Source: Dehalococcoidia bacterium (GTDB taxonomy: Bacteria; Chloroflexota; Dehalococcoidia; Lucifugimonadales; UBA3495). Taken from it: 45,205 nucleotides of DNA. Positions 25,793 to 34,877 of this stretch are shown piece by piece. A model generated the notes under the pieces. The model saw only the letters and a list, made by a program, of their open reading frames with translations, ran no database searches and was not told the origin of the DNA. The DNA lies in the NCBI GenBank assembly GCA_963694265.1, contig CAVODA010000001.1, forward strand, positions 1-45,205, in the 5' to 3' direction. Every line of letters starts with the position of its first letter. The stretch's first letter is position 1. A program made the translations under genes and the position numbers.

Positions 25793-26674
25793 TTAAGTCG
25801 CAGACGTCAGAAAAACCGGGGCGTAGAGCCAACCTTCCAGCCGGGCCCTTTGAAGTTCGTTCTCGTCCGGACCCGGCGTTCCGCCGCGCTTGGTGGCATC
25901 TCCGGGGCCAGACTGGGGCACCCTGAACAGTGTTTGGTCGTTGGCCCAAAGGCAGGCAGCAACGGCGGCGACCACCGAGTCTAAGCAGTCATCGTTGCTG
26001 ATGCACTCATCTCTGAAATCGGCCAGGTTGGCTATCTCAATCCCTGATTTCATGGCCAGACCGTTCAGTATTTCACCCCTGAGTTCCACTGCTGAGCGCC
26101 CATTTTTGTAGCCCTTGAAAGGCAGACCAAAAGCTCTGAGGGCCGCGCCAGGCATGGATTCCAATAGAACAGGGCCGTTCCTGCCGTTGTCTGGGAGCGG
26201 TGGCACTTGGCAACCCTTTTGCCACAGGTCGTGTAGCATCTGCATTCCCCGAAAGGTCATGGGCACCATGTTGGGGTTGGCCTTGTGCAAACAGGAGTAG
26301 CACTCCGGAAAGTAAAAATCACCCCGGCGGTAGGGCTCACCGTGTTCGGCGACAAAATTGTCCCGCAGGACCATGAAATCTGAAAGGTCGATGGCTGCGG
26401 CGGCGTCCCAGAGCTCGGGCATGGTACTGGCTTTGGGGCGCCACTGGGTGGCGAACGATGTGGGAACAGAGAATGGAAAGTCCAGAGCGGCCACCGCGGT
26501 GTTGGGTAAAGCAGCCAGCAGGGTGGCAAGTTCTGCGCGGGGCGTGCGCTCGCAGGAAATCAGAGTGAGAACGCCACCGTTCAGTGTTCCCTGGGTTACC
26601 CAGGTATTTTGGTCGGTCTTGGCCCCGCTGTAGTCCACTCCTACAACGAGTTGATCACCTGGTTGTTGATCCAT
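25793..26674 (-). CDS. DUF429-family protein (predicted RNase-H-like fold)
   Basis: The N-terminus VVGVDYSGAK and a C-terminal region DDCLDSVVAAVAAC...EGWLYAP match my memory of the DUF429 pattern (GIDxxxx ... D.lDA.vaA ... EGWI). An SD (GGAGCG) is present. Confidence 0.6.
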   Translation of the reverse strand: MDQQPGDQLVVGVDYSGAKTDQNTWVTQGTLNGGVLTLISCERTPRAELATLLAALPNTAVAALDFPFSVPTSFATQWRPKASTMPELWDAAAAIDLSDFMVLRDNFVAEHGEPYRRGDFYFPECYSCLHKANPNMVPMTFRGMQMLHDLWQKGCQVPPLPDNGRNGPVLLESMPGAALRAFGLPFKGYKNGRSAVELRGEILNGLAMKSGIEIANLADFRDECISNDDCLDSVVAAVAACLWANDQTLFRVPQSGPGDATKRGGTPGPDENELQRARLEGWLYAPVFLTSAT

Positions 26675-26819
26675 TGAGGGCGCTCCAAACTGCCTATGTT
26701 AGAATGGGTCGGGATTTCGGTGGCTGATTCCAAGCTTGGTTTAAACAATCCGGCTTGGAAACTAAAGACTGCGGACGGTCTTTTTAGACCAGAACTTTGA
26801 GACTAGAAAAGGTGTAATC

Positions 26820-27677
26820 ATGAACTTTACCACGAGAAGAGAAAGATACCGGGGCATACTGGCCGGCGATAAGTGCGTTTACCCCGGTTCGGTGTTCGAC
26901 CCCATCTCGGCGCGCATCGCTGAGGATCTGGGATTTGAAGTTGGCATGTTTGCCGGTTCCATCGCCTCCGGAACCGTGCTGGGCGCGCCCGACCTGATAG
27001 TGTTGACCCTCACAGAGTTTGCCCAGCAGATTCACCGCATTTGCCGCGCCGGTGACCTGAGCCTGATGGTGGACGCCGACCACGGTTACGGCAACGCCCT
27101 GAACGTGATGCGGACGGTGGAAGAGCTGGAGACCGCCGGCGTTGCTGCTATGACAATCGAAGACACCGTGCTTCCCCAATCATTTGGCGGCGGCACCACC
27201 GTGTTGCCCATTGACGAGGGTGTGGGCAAGATGAAGGCGGCGCTGGCGGCCCGGACCGACCCCAACATGGTGGTTGCCGGACGGACCAGTTCCCTGAGAA
27301 TCACCGACCTGGCCGATACTATCAAACGCGTTAAAGCCTACGAAGCGGCGGGCGTTGATGCGGTGTTCCTGGCCGGTGCAACGACCAAGGCCGAGGTTGA
27401 GGCTGTTGCCGCCGAGATGAAGGGACCGCTGCTTCTGGGTGGAACCACTGGCGAGTTGGCCGACAAAGACTACCTGGGTTCCGTTGGAGTACGGGTTGCC
27501 CTCCAGGGCCACCTACCCTTTGCAGCGGCAATCAAGGCCACCTATGACACCCTAAAGGCCCTGCGTGACGGCGTGTCGCCAGCAGACCTGAAGCCCCAAC
27601 TGGCCACCTCAGAGCAGATGGACCAGTTCATGCGCAAAGCCGACTACGACAAGTGGACCACAAGTTTTCTTAATTAA
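26820..27677 (+). CDS. PEP-mutase / isocitrate-lyase superfamily enzyme (oxaloacetate decarboxylase / methylisocitrate-lyase-like)
   Basis: The sequence PGSVFDPISARIAEDLGFEVGMFAGS...LMVDADHGYGNALNVMRTVEELETAGVAAMTIEDT is typical of the superfamily. Confidence 0.8.
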   Translation: MNFTTRRERYRGILAGDKCVYPGSVFDPISARIAEDLGFEVGMFAGSIASGTVLGAPDLIVLTLTEFAQQIHRICRAGDLSLMVDADHGYGNALNVMRTVEELETAGVAAMTIEDTVLPQSFGGGTTVLPIDEGVGKMKAALAARTDPNMVVAGRTSSLRITDLADTIKRVKAYEAAGVDAVFLAGATTKAEVEAVAAEMKGPLLLGGTTGELADKDYLGSVGVRVALQGHLPFAAAIKATYDTLKALRDGVSPADLKPQLATSEQMDQFMRKADYDKWTTSFLN

Positions 27678-27705
27678 ACAGGCTAGAGATAGTTTGATTT
27701 GAAAC

Positions 27706-27741
27706 AAAAGCCGCCGCCCAGTTATCTGGGCGGCGGCTTTT
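27706..27741. terminator. Bidirectional intrinsic terminator
   Basis: AAAAGCCGCCGCCCAG-TTAT-CTGGGCGGCGGCTTTT forms a perfect 16-bp arm pair that includes the A and T runs. Confidence 0.9.
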
Positions 27742-27768
27742 GTTTGGTAGTTTTAGTCTGTTTGGACG

Positions 27769-28780
27769 CTATGGCTTGGTTGTAAGTGTAACCAGCCGCT
27801 CGGCGTTTTTGTAGCCAAGGTCAGCCTGGATCGCTGGGTCGAACCGGCCGATGAAAGCCCGTCCAAACTCCGCCAGTATCTGACCCACCTCTTCGTCATA
27901 GCCCCAGACAATATCCCCCCGATCTGTGCCCCTCATGAACCGGTCGGGATGGGTTTCAATCATGGGCCGATACATCTCATCCGCTTCATCAAGCAGATTG
28001 TCCCATTCGGCCCTCATATCGGCCAGGAAGGCTTCTTTCTCGCCAAACCTGAACGTCTCTGCAACTTCTCCGGAAATACCAAAGATGTCGTTGTAGGTGT
28101 AATAGACATTAGGATTGCGGTCCACGATGCCCTGGACGTGGGGGCGAACAAAATCGGCGTGGATGATGAATGTGACGTCTGAATATTGCTGCAGAGCCCG
28201 TTCCAGGTTGTCTTGGTGTCCCACGCCAGGGTGGAAGTACACCAGCATGTTGCCGTGGTCACTGACCACTTGGAAGTCTCCCAGGTAGATCTCAGCGCCG
28301 GGTAGGGGGTGATGGGTTCAGTTGGTGAATCTCCAACCTCGCCAGACCCGGCGAACAAACCCGGACGAACGTTAATAATCACATCAAGAATCTTGCCTCC
28401 AAGGGTAGCGACACCGTTGGCTGACGCCTGGATGAAGGGGACGAACAGATTAGGGTACTGCTGAACCGCGCGGTGGGCTACCTAAATCGCGGGAGATGTA
28501 ATCTCCGGGAAGGTTGGGAAAAAGGCAAAGGCCTTGATGCGGCCCTCGTTTTTAAGAGTGCAGGCGATGCGGTCGATATTCATCGTCCGACCCAGGATCG
28601 GGCGTTGCTCCTGGGTAATGGTGTCGTATTTGTCAGACTCTGCGCCTCTGGGCGACACGTAACCGGTGTCTTGTTGTCCGTTTTGATCCCAATGCTTATC
28701 CAATATCAGTGGGCGTCGATGTGAGAAACGGTCAGTTGCTGATTAAAAAATTCATCTGCTGGGACGATTGTCCCAATGTC
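27769..28780 (-). pseudogene. Amidohydrolase (Amidohydro_2-like) pseudogene with at least two frameshifts and an in-frame TAG; 5' boundary uncertain
   Basis: Three minus-strand frames carry successive family segments. The first ends ...LTVSHIDAH[TGA 28708-28706]. After a frame change comes ...MNIDRIACTLKNEGRIKAFAF...SPAI[TAG 28484-28482]VAHRAVQQYPNLFVPFIQ...GLFAGSGEVGD. After a second frame change near 28300 comes ...GAEIYLGDFQVVSDHGNMLVYFHPGVGH...DVTFIIHADF...NVYYTYNDIF...DRFMRGTDRGD, which is ORF 27769-28269. Confidence 0.75.
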
Positions 28781-29116
28781 GGCATGGTCTTTTTGATGTA
28801 CGAGAACATCGGCACTGAAGCCGATTGTTTGCGGGCCATTGAGGGTTCGCCGTTGATCTCTCCTGAACCAATGCCGGGAATATTCTGGGGTTGTCGACCG
28901 GTGATTGACTGGCTGAATAAGCCGGCCAGACACCCAGCCCGTGCCAATCAACCTGCTACGTAAATCGCTCCTCGGATTTACAACAATAGACAACTTCACC
29001 GCTGGTGACTTGTGGAGTAAACTAGGGCCTGTGACCGTTGACCCCACGCTTGGAAAGAGGTTTGGGGCCGGTTATTAGCCCAAATCACTTCACTTAATCA
29101 CTTTAGGAGTACAGCC

Positions 29117-29509
29117 GTGAAAGTTGCCTTGAATCACCTTCATTTCCGCAGTGGAGACCCAGATGCCGCCGCCAAGTGGTATTGCGACAATTTCGGCGCT
29201 GCCATCACCTCAGAGCGCCCGTTGTCCACCACAAAGTCGATCCAGCTTGAGTTGAACGGCGAGCATATGATGACCATATCCGGCTGTGCCGAGGGCGAAG
29301 ACCCCATCGCCGGGACAACCGAACCTCGTTACGGCCTGGACCACTTTGGCTTTGAAACCGACGACCTGATAGAGCTATGCGCCGGTCTGAAGAAAAACAA
29401 CGTGAAGTTCAACTGCGAGCCGTGGACCATGCCCTCAGGCACGATGGTCGCGTTCGTTGTAGCACCAGATGAAGTATCAGTGGAGCTTATTCAACGCCCC
29501 GCTGAGTAA
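29117..29509 (+). CDS. VOC / glyoxalase-family protein (130 aa)
   Basis: The sequence LNHLHFRSGDPDAAAKWYCDNFGA...GLDHFGFETDDLIELCAGLKKNNVKF...VELIQ is typical of glyoxalase/bleomycin-resistance proteins. It has a GTG start with a TAGGAG SD. Confidence 0.75.
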   Translation: MKVALNHLHFRSGDPDAAAKWYCDNFGAAITSERPLSTTKSIQLELNGEHMMTISGCAEGEDPIAGTTEPRYGLDHFGFETDDLIELCAGLKKNNVKFNCEPWTMPSGTMVAFVVAPDEVSVELIQRPAE

Positions 29510-29557
29510 TACAGGTAATCCCGGGTAATCCGCAGCTTGGGTTAGAAGTTGTTTGAC

Positions 29558-30418
29558 CTAGTCTGGAGCGATGCCATCAAAGAAATCTGATGCCACGGTC
29601 TCAGCAGAGGCAACATCCGGGCGGGCGCGGATGTAAAACTCCCGGCCCAATACCCACGCCGCAAGCTCCCTTGGCACCCGGTGGTAGGGCCAGTCCGGAG
29701 CCACCTGGGTGCGGTGACAGATGATGCAGGCCATCTTGGTTTCAAGATGGTCTGACACGTCCAACTCCAGGTGTATCTCCTCCGGCGGGTTGCCGTGGTC
29801 CAGTTGCTCCGGGCTGGGCATTGGGAAATCAATCCCGGCCTCGCGTAGCTTGGTGGCCCACTCCAGTCGAAACCCCTTGGGTCGAGCGCTGTAGAAAAGA
29901 CGCTGGGGAGTATATGGCTCTAGGCCGTCTTTCAATTGGTCGGGAAAGGCCGCTGGGTCTGATGCTAGATCAAAGGCCTTCGTGGCGTGCTTGGACACGG
30001 CAATATGGTCCGGGTGGCCGTAGAGCCCGCCTGGCTCAAACGTGAGCACCACCTGGGGCCGAAATTCTCTGATTTCCCGTACAAACCGCTCCACTACCTC
30101 GTCTTCCGGTGCCTTGATGTAGGCCCGTGGGTGGTTGTTGGCTTCCCAGCCGGCCATGCCAGAGTCGCGGTATTCCAGCAAAGCGTGGCTTTCCAGCCTC
30201 AGGGCTTGAACTGCGCAAGAAAGCTCTATCCTCCGGACCTCACCCAACGTCTCCCGAGTGGCCGCGCCTTCCTGCCGGATGTCTCCCTCTTCGCCCAGAG
30301 TGGTGGTCACCAGACGCACGTGTCGGCCTTCCGCCACGTTTTGGGCCAACACTCCGCCCACGGGAAATGCCTCGTCATCAGGATGGGCAAAGCAAGCCAA
30401 AAGGCGAAGTCCAGGCAT
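29558..30418 (-). CDS. LmbE/PIG-L-family N-acetylglucosaminyl deacetylase or amidase (MshB/Mca-like)
   Basis: The N-terminus LLACFAHPDDEAFPVGGVLA carries the AHPDDE motif. Other motifs are HPDHIAVSKH and ICHRTQV. A strong SD (AAGGAG) precedes the ATG. Confidence 0.8.
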   Translation of the reverse strand: MPGLRLLACFAHPDDEAFPVGGVLAQNVAEGRHVRLVTTTLGEEGDIRQEGAATRETLGEVRRIELSCAVQALRLESHALLEYRDSGMAGWEANNHPRAYIKAPEDEVVERFVREIREFRPQVVLTFEPGGLYGHPDHIAVSKHATKAFDLASDPAAFPDQLKDGLEPYTPQRLFYSARPKGFRLEWATKLREAGIDFPMPSPEQLDHGNPPEEIHLELDVSDHLETKMACIICHRTQVAPDWPYHRVPRELAAWVLGREFYIRARPDVASAETVASDFFDGIAPD

Positions 30419-30520
30419 TTATATACTCCTTATTCCAAAGTTGTTTTTGCATACTAAACCCAGGGGCATGCCAGGTTCGGACCGCAACCAAACCCGCCCA
30501 ACAAAACCTGGCTGAGCCAG

Positions 30521-32149
30521 TTAGTAGGAGGTGGCTATGCCGTCTCCCCTGGGGTCGGATGCTCCGATCAGCACCTGTCGTTCCTGGTCGATCAGGATCA
30601 ACTGCACCTTGCCGTCATACTGGCCCACGTTGCGTCGGGTCACCTTATGTCCTAGCTTTTGTAGACCTTCAACCGTTTTTTCCGGCATCTCCGGCTCAAC
30701 ACGCAATTCCATGGCCGTCTCAATGCTAGCGGGGTCGGTGCCGGGGTAGCTCCACCAGCGGGGAGCGTCCACAGCAGCCTGGGGGCCCATGCCAAAGTCC
30801 AAGAGGTTGGTGATGATCTGCACGCCGGACTGAGGCTGGAAATCGCCACCGGGAGTGCCGCCGACGATGTGGGCCTTGCCGTCTTTCAGCGTCATGTAGC
30901 AGTTCAGAGTGTGCATAGTGCGTTTCGTGGGCGAAAACTCGTTGGGGTGGCCCGCTTCCAGGGTGAACCCGCGACCGGCGCGATTGTTAAATAAAATTCC
31001 GGTTCCGGCGGCCATGAACCGGGAACCAAAGCCATGGGACAGGCTGTGCACCCAGGAGACCGCGTTTCCGGCGCCATCAGCCACGCAAAAATAGGTGGTG
31101 TTGCCGTCGGTGCGACCTGCTTCCAGGTCGGGTGACTCTCCGCCGGCCTTCTCTAGATTGATCTCACCGCGGCGTCGGTCGGCGTACTCCTTGGAGATGA
31201 TCTCTTCCAGAGGCCATTCCACGATGCGGGGGTCACCAGCCAGGCGGTTACGGTCGTCGTAAGCTATCTTTTTGGCTTCAACCATTAGGTGGATAGCTTC
31301 CGGATTGTCATAAGACATCCCGGAAAGATCAAATCCTTCTATTATATTAAGCATCTCCAAGTGTAGGAAGCCCTGGGACGGAGGCCGAGTTTGGTAGACC
31401 ATCTCGCCTCGGTAGGTGGTGCCGATGGGGTCGTAGACATCCACTTCATGGTTGGCGAAGTCCTCTGCAGTGAACAGGCCACCAGCGTCGTTCAAAGCCT
31501 TGACCATCTTCCGGGCCAGGTCGCCTTTGTAGAACTCTTCAGCCCCGCCCTTGGCGATACGTCGCAGCGACTCGGCCAGGTCTTTGTTTACCAGGAGATC
31601 GCCCTCCCCCGGAGTCTTGCCGTCGGCCAGCAGCACTTCAGCTGTTGACGGGAAACCGGCCAACCTTGAGGCGTTGTTGGCAAAGTTCTGTGCGATTTTG
31701 GGAGCCACGGCAAACCCTTCTTCGGCGTATCCAATGGCGGTGTCCAGCAATTGTTCGAAGGGCTTGGTGCAGAAACGACGGTGCACCTCTTCCCAGGCGG
31801 CAACCTCACCAGGCACGCCCACTGAGTGGGGGCCTTCTAGGGGCATCTTGGTCAGGCCCTGCTTCCGGTAGTACTCCGCGCTGGTGCCAGAGCCGGGAAC
31901 TCCGGCGCTACTCATGCCGGTCACCTGTTTGGTTTCAGCCTCGTAGAGCAGGATGAACGAGTCACCGCCAATGCCGCAACTGGGCACAATGGTCACGGTT
32001 TCAGTGGCTGCCACGGCCAGGGCGGCGTCAAAGGCGTTGCCCCCTTCTTGCAGTACCTTTAGTCCTGCGGCGGCAGACAGCGGTGAGTTTGTGCAGACCA
32101 TGCCGTTTTTACCGTAAACAACTTGCCGGGAAGGTCTTGCTGTAGTCAT
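30521..32149 (-). CDS. ggt: Gamma-glutamyltransferase family protein, no signal peptide
   Basis: The sequence GMVCTNSPLSAAAGLKVLQEGGNAFDAALA...GNTTYFCVADGAGNAVSWVHSL (catalytic Thr)...GGTPGGD is family-typical. The start was chosen at ATG 32149. Confidence 0.8.
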   Translation of the reverse strand: MTTARPSRQVVYGKNGMVCTNSPLSAAAGLKVLQEGGNAFDAALAVAATETVTIVPSCGIGGDSFILLYEAETKQVTGMSSAGVPGSGTSAEYYRKQGLTKMPLEGPHSVGVPGEVAAWEEVHRRFCTKPFEQLLDTAIGYAEEGFAVAPKIAQNFANNASRLAGFPSTAEVLLADGKTPGEGDLLVNKDLAESLRRIAKGGAEEFYKGDLARKMVKALNDAGGLFTAEDFANHEVDVYDPIGTTYRGEMVYQTRPPSQGFLHLEMLNIIEGFDLSGMSYDNPEAIHLMVEAKKIAYDDRNRLAGDPRIVEWPLEEIISKEYADRRRGEINLEKAGGESPDLEAGRTDGNTTYFCVADGAGNAVSWVHSLSHGFGSRFMAAGTGILFNNRAGRGFTLEAGHPNEFSPTKRTMHTLNCYMTLKDGKAHIVGGTPGGDFQPQSGVQIITNLLDFGMGPQAAVDAPRWWSYPGTDPASIETAMELRVEPEMPEKTVEGLQKLGHKVTRRNVGQYDGKVQLILIDQERQVLIGASDPRGDGIATSY

Positions 32150-32467
32150 CTTGAAACACGCTCCCAATGGCTAGATAAGTTTTTTGCTTCCTGTGGTTTT
32201 CACGTGGTTTTTGAATGAAGCCTCTGTCACGTCTTTTAAAACGCAACGGCAACAGGCAGAAGTGTACGTTTGCCATCCTGGCCCAGTCAATTGTGGCGGG
32301 GGTAAATAACCAAGAACGCCCGCAATTGCGGGTCCGAAATTCGTCCCAAATAAGCGCCGTTTGGCCGTTTGACAGCCCCGATGGGTACATCTACAATCCG
32401 GCTCGTGGCGGCGTGCTCTTTCTTGACCGGTAATGCGCCATGATTTATGTCTAAATCGGAGGCCGAT

Positions 32468-33439
32468 ATGGCTGAGTTGCTAGGTCTGGGTTGTTCCCAC
32501 GGACCCATCATCCTCACCCCACCAGAGGTCTGGCACAAAAGCCGTGAGCGGATATTTGGGAGCAACCCAAATTTTCAAGCTCCGCCCCAACTCATTGAGG
32601 CCTTGGGCGATGACAATGGTCTAACCCAAGACCGCCTGGACCAGCAGAAGATCGTAGCCGCCTTCCAGGTGATGCGGGACCGACTCCACGAGTGGAACCC
32701 CGACGTTTTATTGGTCATCGGGGACGACCAGGCCGAAAACTTCAAACAGGATAACCTGCCTCCGTTCTGCCTCTACACCGGCAGCGAGGTGGACGGCTAC
32801 CCGTTCAAGAATACGGCCGGCAGCAACAACCGCCGGGACGCCGCCGCCGACACTAAATTCAGCTTTAAATGCCCTTCAGAATTCTCACGGGACCTGCGCA
32901 ACTCCCTGATTCGTGACGGCATCGACATGTCATCTTCCAGCGCTTTGACTGGCTGAGAATGGGGTTTGGCCCACGCCATCATCAACCCATTGGTGTATTT
33001 GGACCCGGTAGGCAAGTTTCCCCTCCCACCATTGTTCGTGAACTGCTATGGTGAAGAAGCCGGCCCCGATTATCCGCCCCGGCCCACCGCACGGCGCTGT
33101 TACGAAGTTGGCCAGGCGATACGCCGGTTCTTAGACACTAGGACAGAGCGGGTGGCCGTGGTTGCGTCGTCTAGTTGGTCGCACAGCTTTTTGGCCCACA
33201 AGTATGACTGCTCTGCATTTGACCTGGATTCCGACCGTCGTTATCTAGAGATGGTGCGAGAGGGTAGGGGCAGCGAACTGGCGAGTCTGACTCCTGAAGA
33301 ACTGCAGGACTCTGGCGACCATGAGATATTGAATTGGATCATTGCCCTGGGGATTCTGGGCGACGTTCCCGCAGAGATAGTAGACGTGAGGGAGTCACAC
33401 ACCCAATTGGCATTTCGGGTGGCGGCTCTCTGGGGATAG
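32468..33439 (+). pseudogene. LigB-type (class III extradiol dioxygenase-like) protein interrupted by a single in-frame TGA (32954-32956)
   Basis: ORFs 32447-32956 and 32966-33439 are in the same frame (519 nt, which is 173 codons). The family landmarks are GCSHGP, VLLVIGDDQAENF, [TGA]EWGLAHAIINP, ASSSWSH and GDHEILNWI. The start at 32468 was chosen because GGAGG lies 6 nt upstream. Confidence 0.7.
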
Positions 33440-33520
33440 ACCAAGCACTGATTTAAGACAGATTGATTAAGAATTGGAGGCCCAAGTTATGGTGCGGGCC
33501 ACCCAACCACAGGAGGAACG

Positions 33521-34603
33521 ATGCACTACGGTCTTGTTATGGAATGTGATTACCGCTATGGCCACTCGATAGAGGAGGGCTTCGACGAAGCCTTTGCCAT
33601 CGCGGACTTAGCTGAAAAAGGCGAACTGGACGGGGTTTGGCTAGCGGAGCGTCACTTTGCGGCGCCCAAAGACCCGCTGGACCCGATGGGCGGCGGAATA
33701 CCCTCTGTGGTGTCCACGCCGTTAATCATCTGCTCGGCCATAGCAGCCCGCACTGAGCGTCTCAGGATCGGTGTTGGTGTGAACGTATTACCCCTGATCC
33801 ATCCGGTTAGGTTGGCGGAAGAGATCGCCACGCTGGACCATATCAGTCACGGACGCGTGGATTTTGGCATTGGACGCAGCGGGTTCATGAGGGCCTACGA
33901 GGGATATGACATCCCTTATTCCGAGAGCCGAGAACGTTTCCAAGAGAGCCTCGAGATCATCCTGGCTGCCTGGAGCAACGAGCGGTTCTCCTACGAGGGT
34001 AAGTACTACACGCTAAACGACGTTTGCGTGATTCCCAAACCGTTTCAGCAGCCATTCCCGCCGCTGCGGATGGCCGCCACCACCAAAGAAACCTTCCCGC
34101 AGGTGGGCAAGCTGGGTTATCCCATCTTTGTGGGACTGCGAGGCTTGGACCGCCCAGATCTGGTTGCGCTACTAGAGACCTACCGAGAGGCCTGGCGGGA
34201 AGCTGGTCACGCCGGTAACGGCGACGTTTACCTGCGTATCCCTGTCTACGTGGGAAAAACCCAGGAAATAGCCTACGCAGAAGCCGAAGCAAGTACCATG
34301 CGGTCTTACCGACGTATGGCTCAGAACTTTGCTTTGTCAGCAGCTAATCCCGGTGCGGTGGCTTCAGAAGACCGGGCGGCGCGGGGAGCGGCCCTTGCTG
34401 CGATTACTTATGAGGACCTGATTCGAGACCGTTTGGCCTACGGCAGCCCAGATAGCGTGATCAGCCAACTGAAAGACATTACGTCAGAACTGGGGTTATC
34501 AGGCATCGTGGCCGAGACCAATGTGGGCGGGCTGATACCCCGTGAGCAAGTAGCCGCTTCGATAGATCTTTTCTGTAAAGAGGTTGTACCAGGCCTGCGC
34601 TAG
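33521..34603 (+). CDS. Luciferase-like (LLM class) flavin/F420-dependent monooxygenase or oxidoreductase
   Basis: The sequence DGVWLAERHF...RLRIGVGVNVLPLIHPVRLAEEIATLDHISHGRVDFGIGRSG is typical of the bacterial luciferase family. The SD is AGGAGG. Confidence 0.8.
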   Translation: MHYGLVMECDYRYGHSIEEGFDEAFAIADLAEKGELDGVWLAERHFAAPKDPLDPMGGGIPSVVSTPLIICSAIAARTERLRIGVGVNVLPLIHPVRLAEEIATLDHISHGRVDFGIGRSGFMRAYEGYDIPYSESRERFQESLEIILAAWSNERFSYEGKYYTLNDVCVIPKPFQQPFPPLRMAATTKETFPQVGKLGYPIFVGLRGLDRPDLVALLETYREAWREAGHAGNGDVYLRIPVYVGKTQEIAYAEAEASTMRSYRRMAQNFALSAANPGAVASEDRAARGAALAAITYEDLIRDRLAYGSPDSVISQLKDITSELGLSGIVAETNVGGLIPREQVAASIDLFCKEVVPGLR

Positions 34604-34625
34604 ACCGTCGGAGCAACAAAATGAT

Positions 34626-34652
34626 GGGCACGGTAATCACCGTGCCCTTTTT
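34626..34652 (+). terminator. Intrinsic terminator after the LLM gene
   Basis: GGGCACGGT-AATC-ACCGTGCCC followed by TTTTTG. Confidence 0.85.
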
Positions 34653-34692
34653 GTTGAAATCACCTGAAACTTTTTTCGGCGTAAGAACCTCT

Positions 34693-34847
34693 TGTAGGGG
34701 CGGGTTGAAAACCCGCCCTGTTTTTCGTCAGCCAATCCTCTTCCAATCAGACAAACAAGACGTAAACAAACAATTTCGCCGAGAAATTTCAGGGCGATAT
34801 GAAACGTGATTTACGCAAGCAGGGCGGGTTACAAACCCGCCCCTACA
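34693..34847. repeat. MITE-like element, copy 1 (155 bp): hairpin-forming 28-bp terminal inverted repeats around a ~99-bp core
   Basis: The left end is TGTAGGGGCGGGTTGAAAACCCGCCCTG (34693-34720). The right end is CAGGGCGGGTTACAAACCCGCCCCTACA (34820-34847), which is the reverse complement of the left end apart from the loop bases. Each end is itself a GGGCGGGTT..AACCCGCCC hairpin. A second copy lies at 39989-40142. Confidence 0.7.
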
Positions 34848-34877
34848 GAACGGTGGTAGGTCCCATTTCAATCAGAC

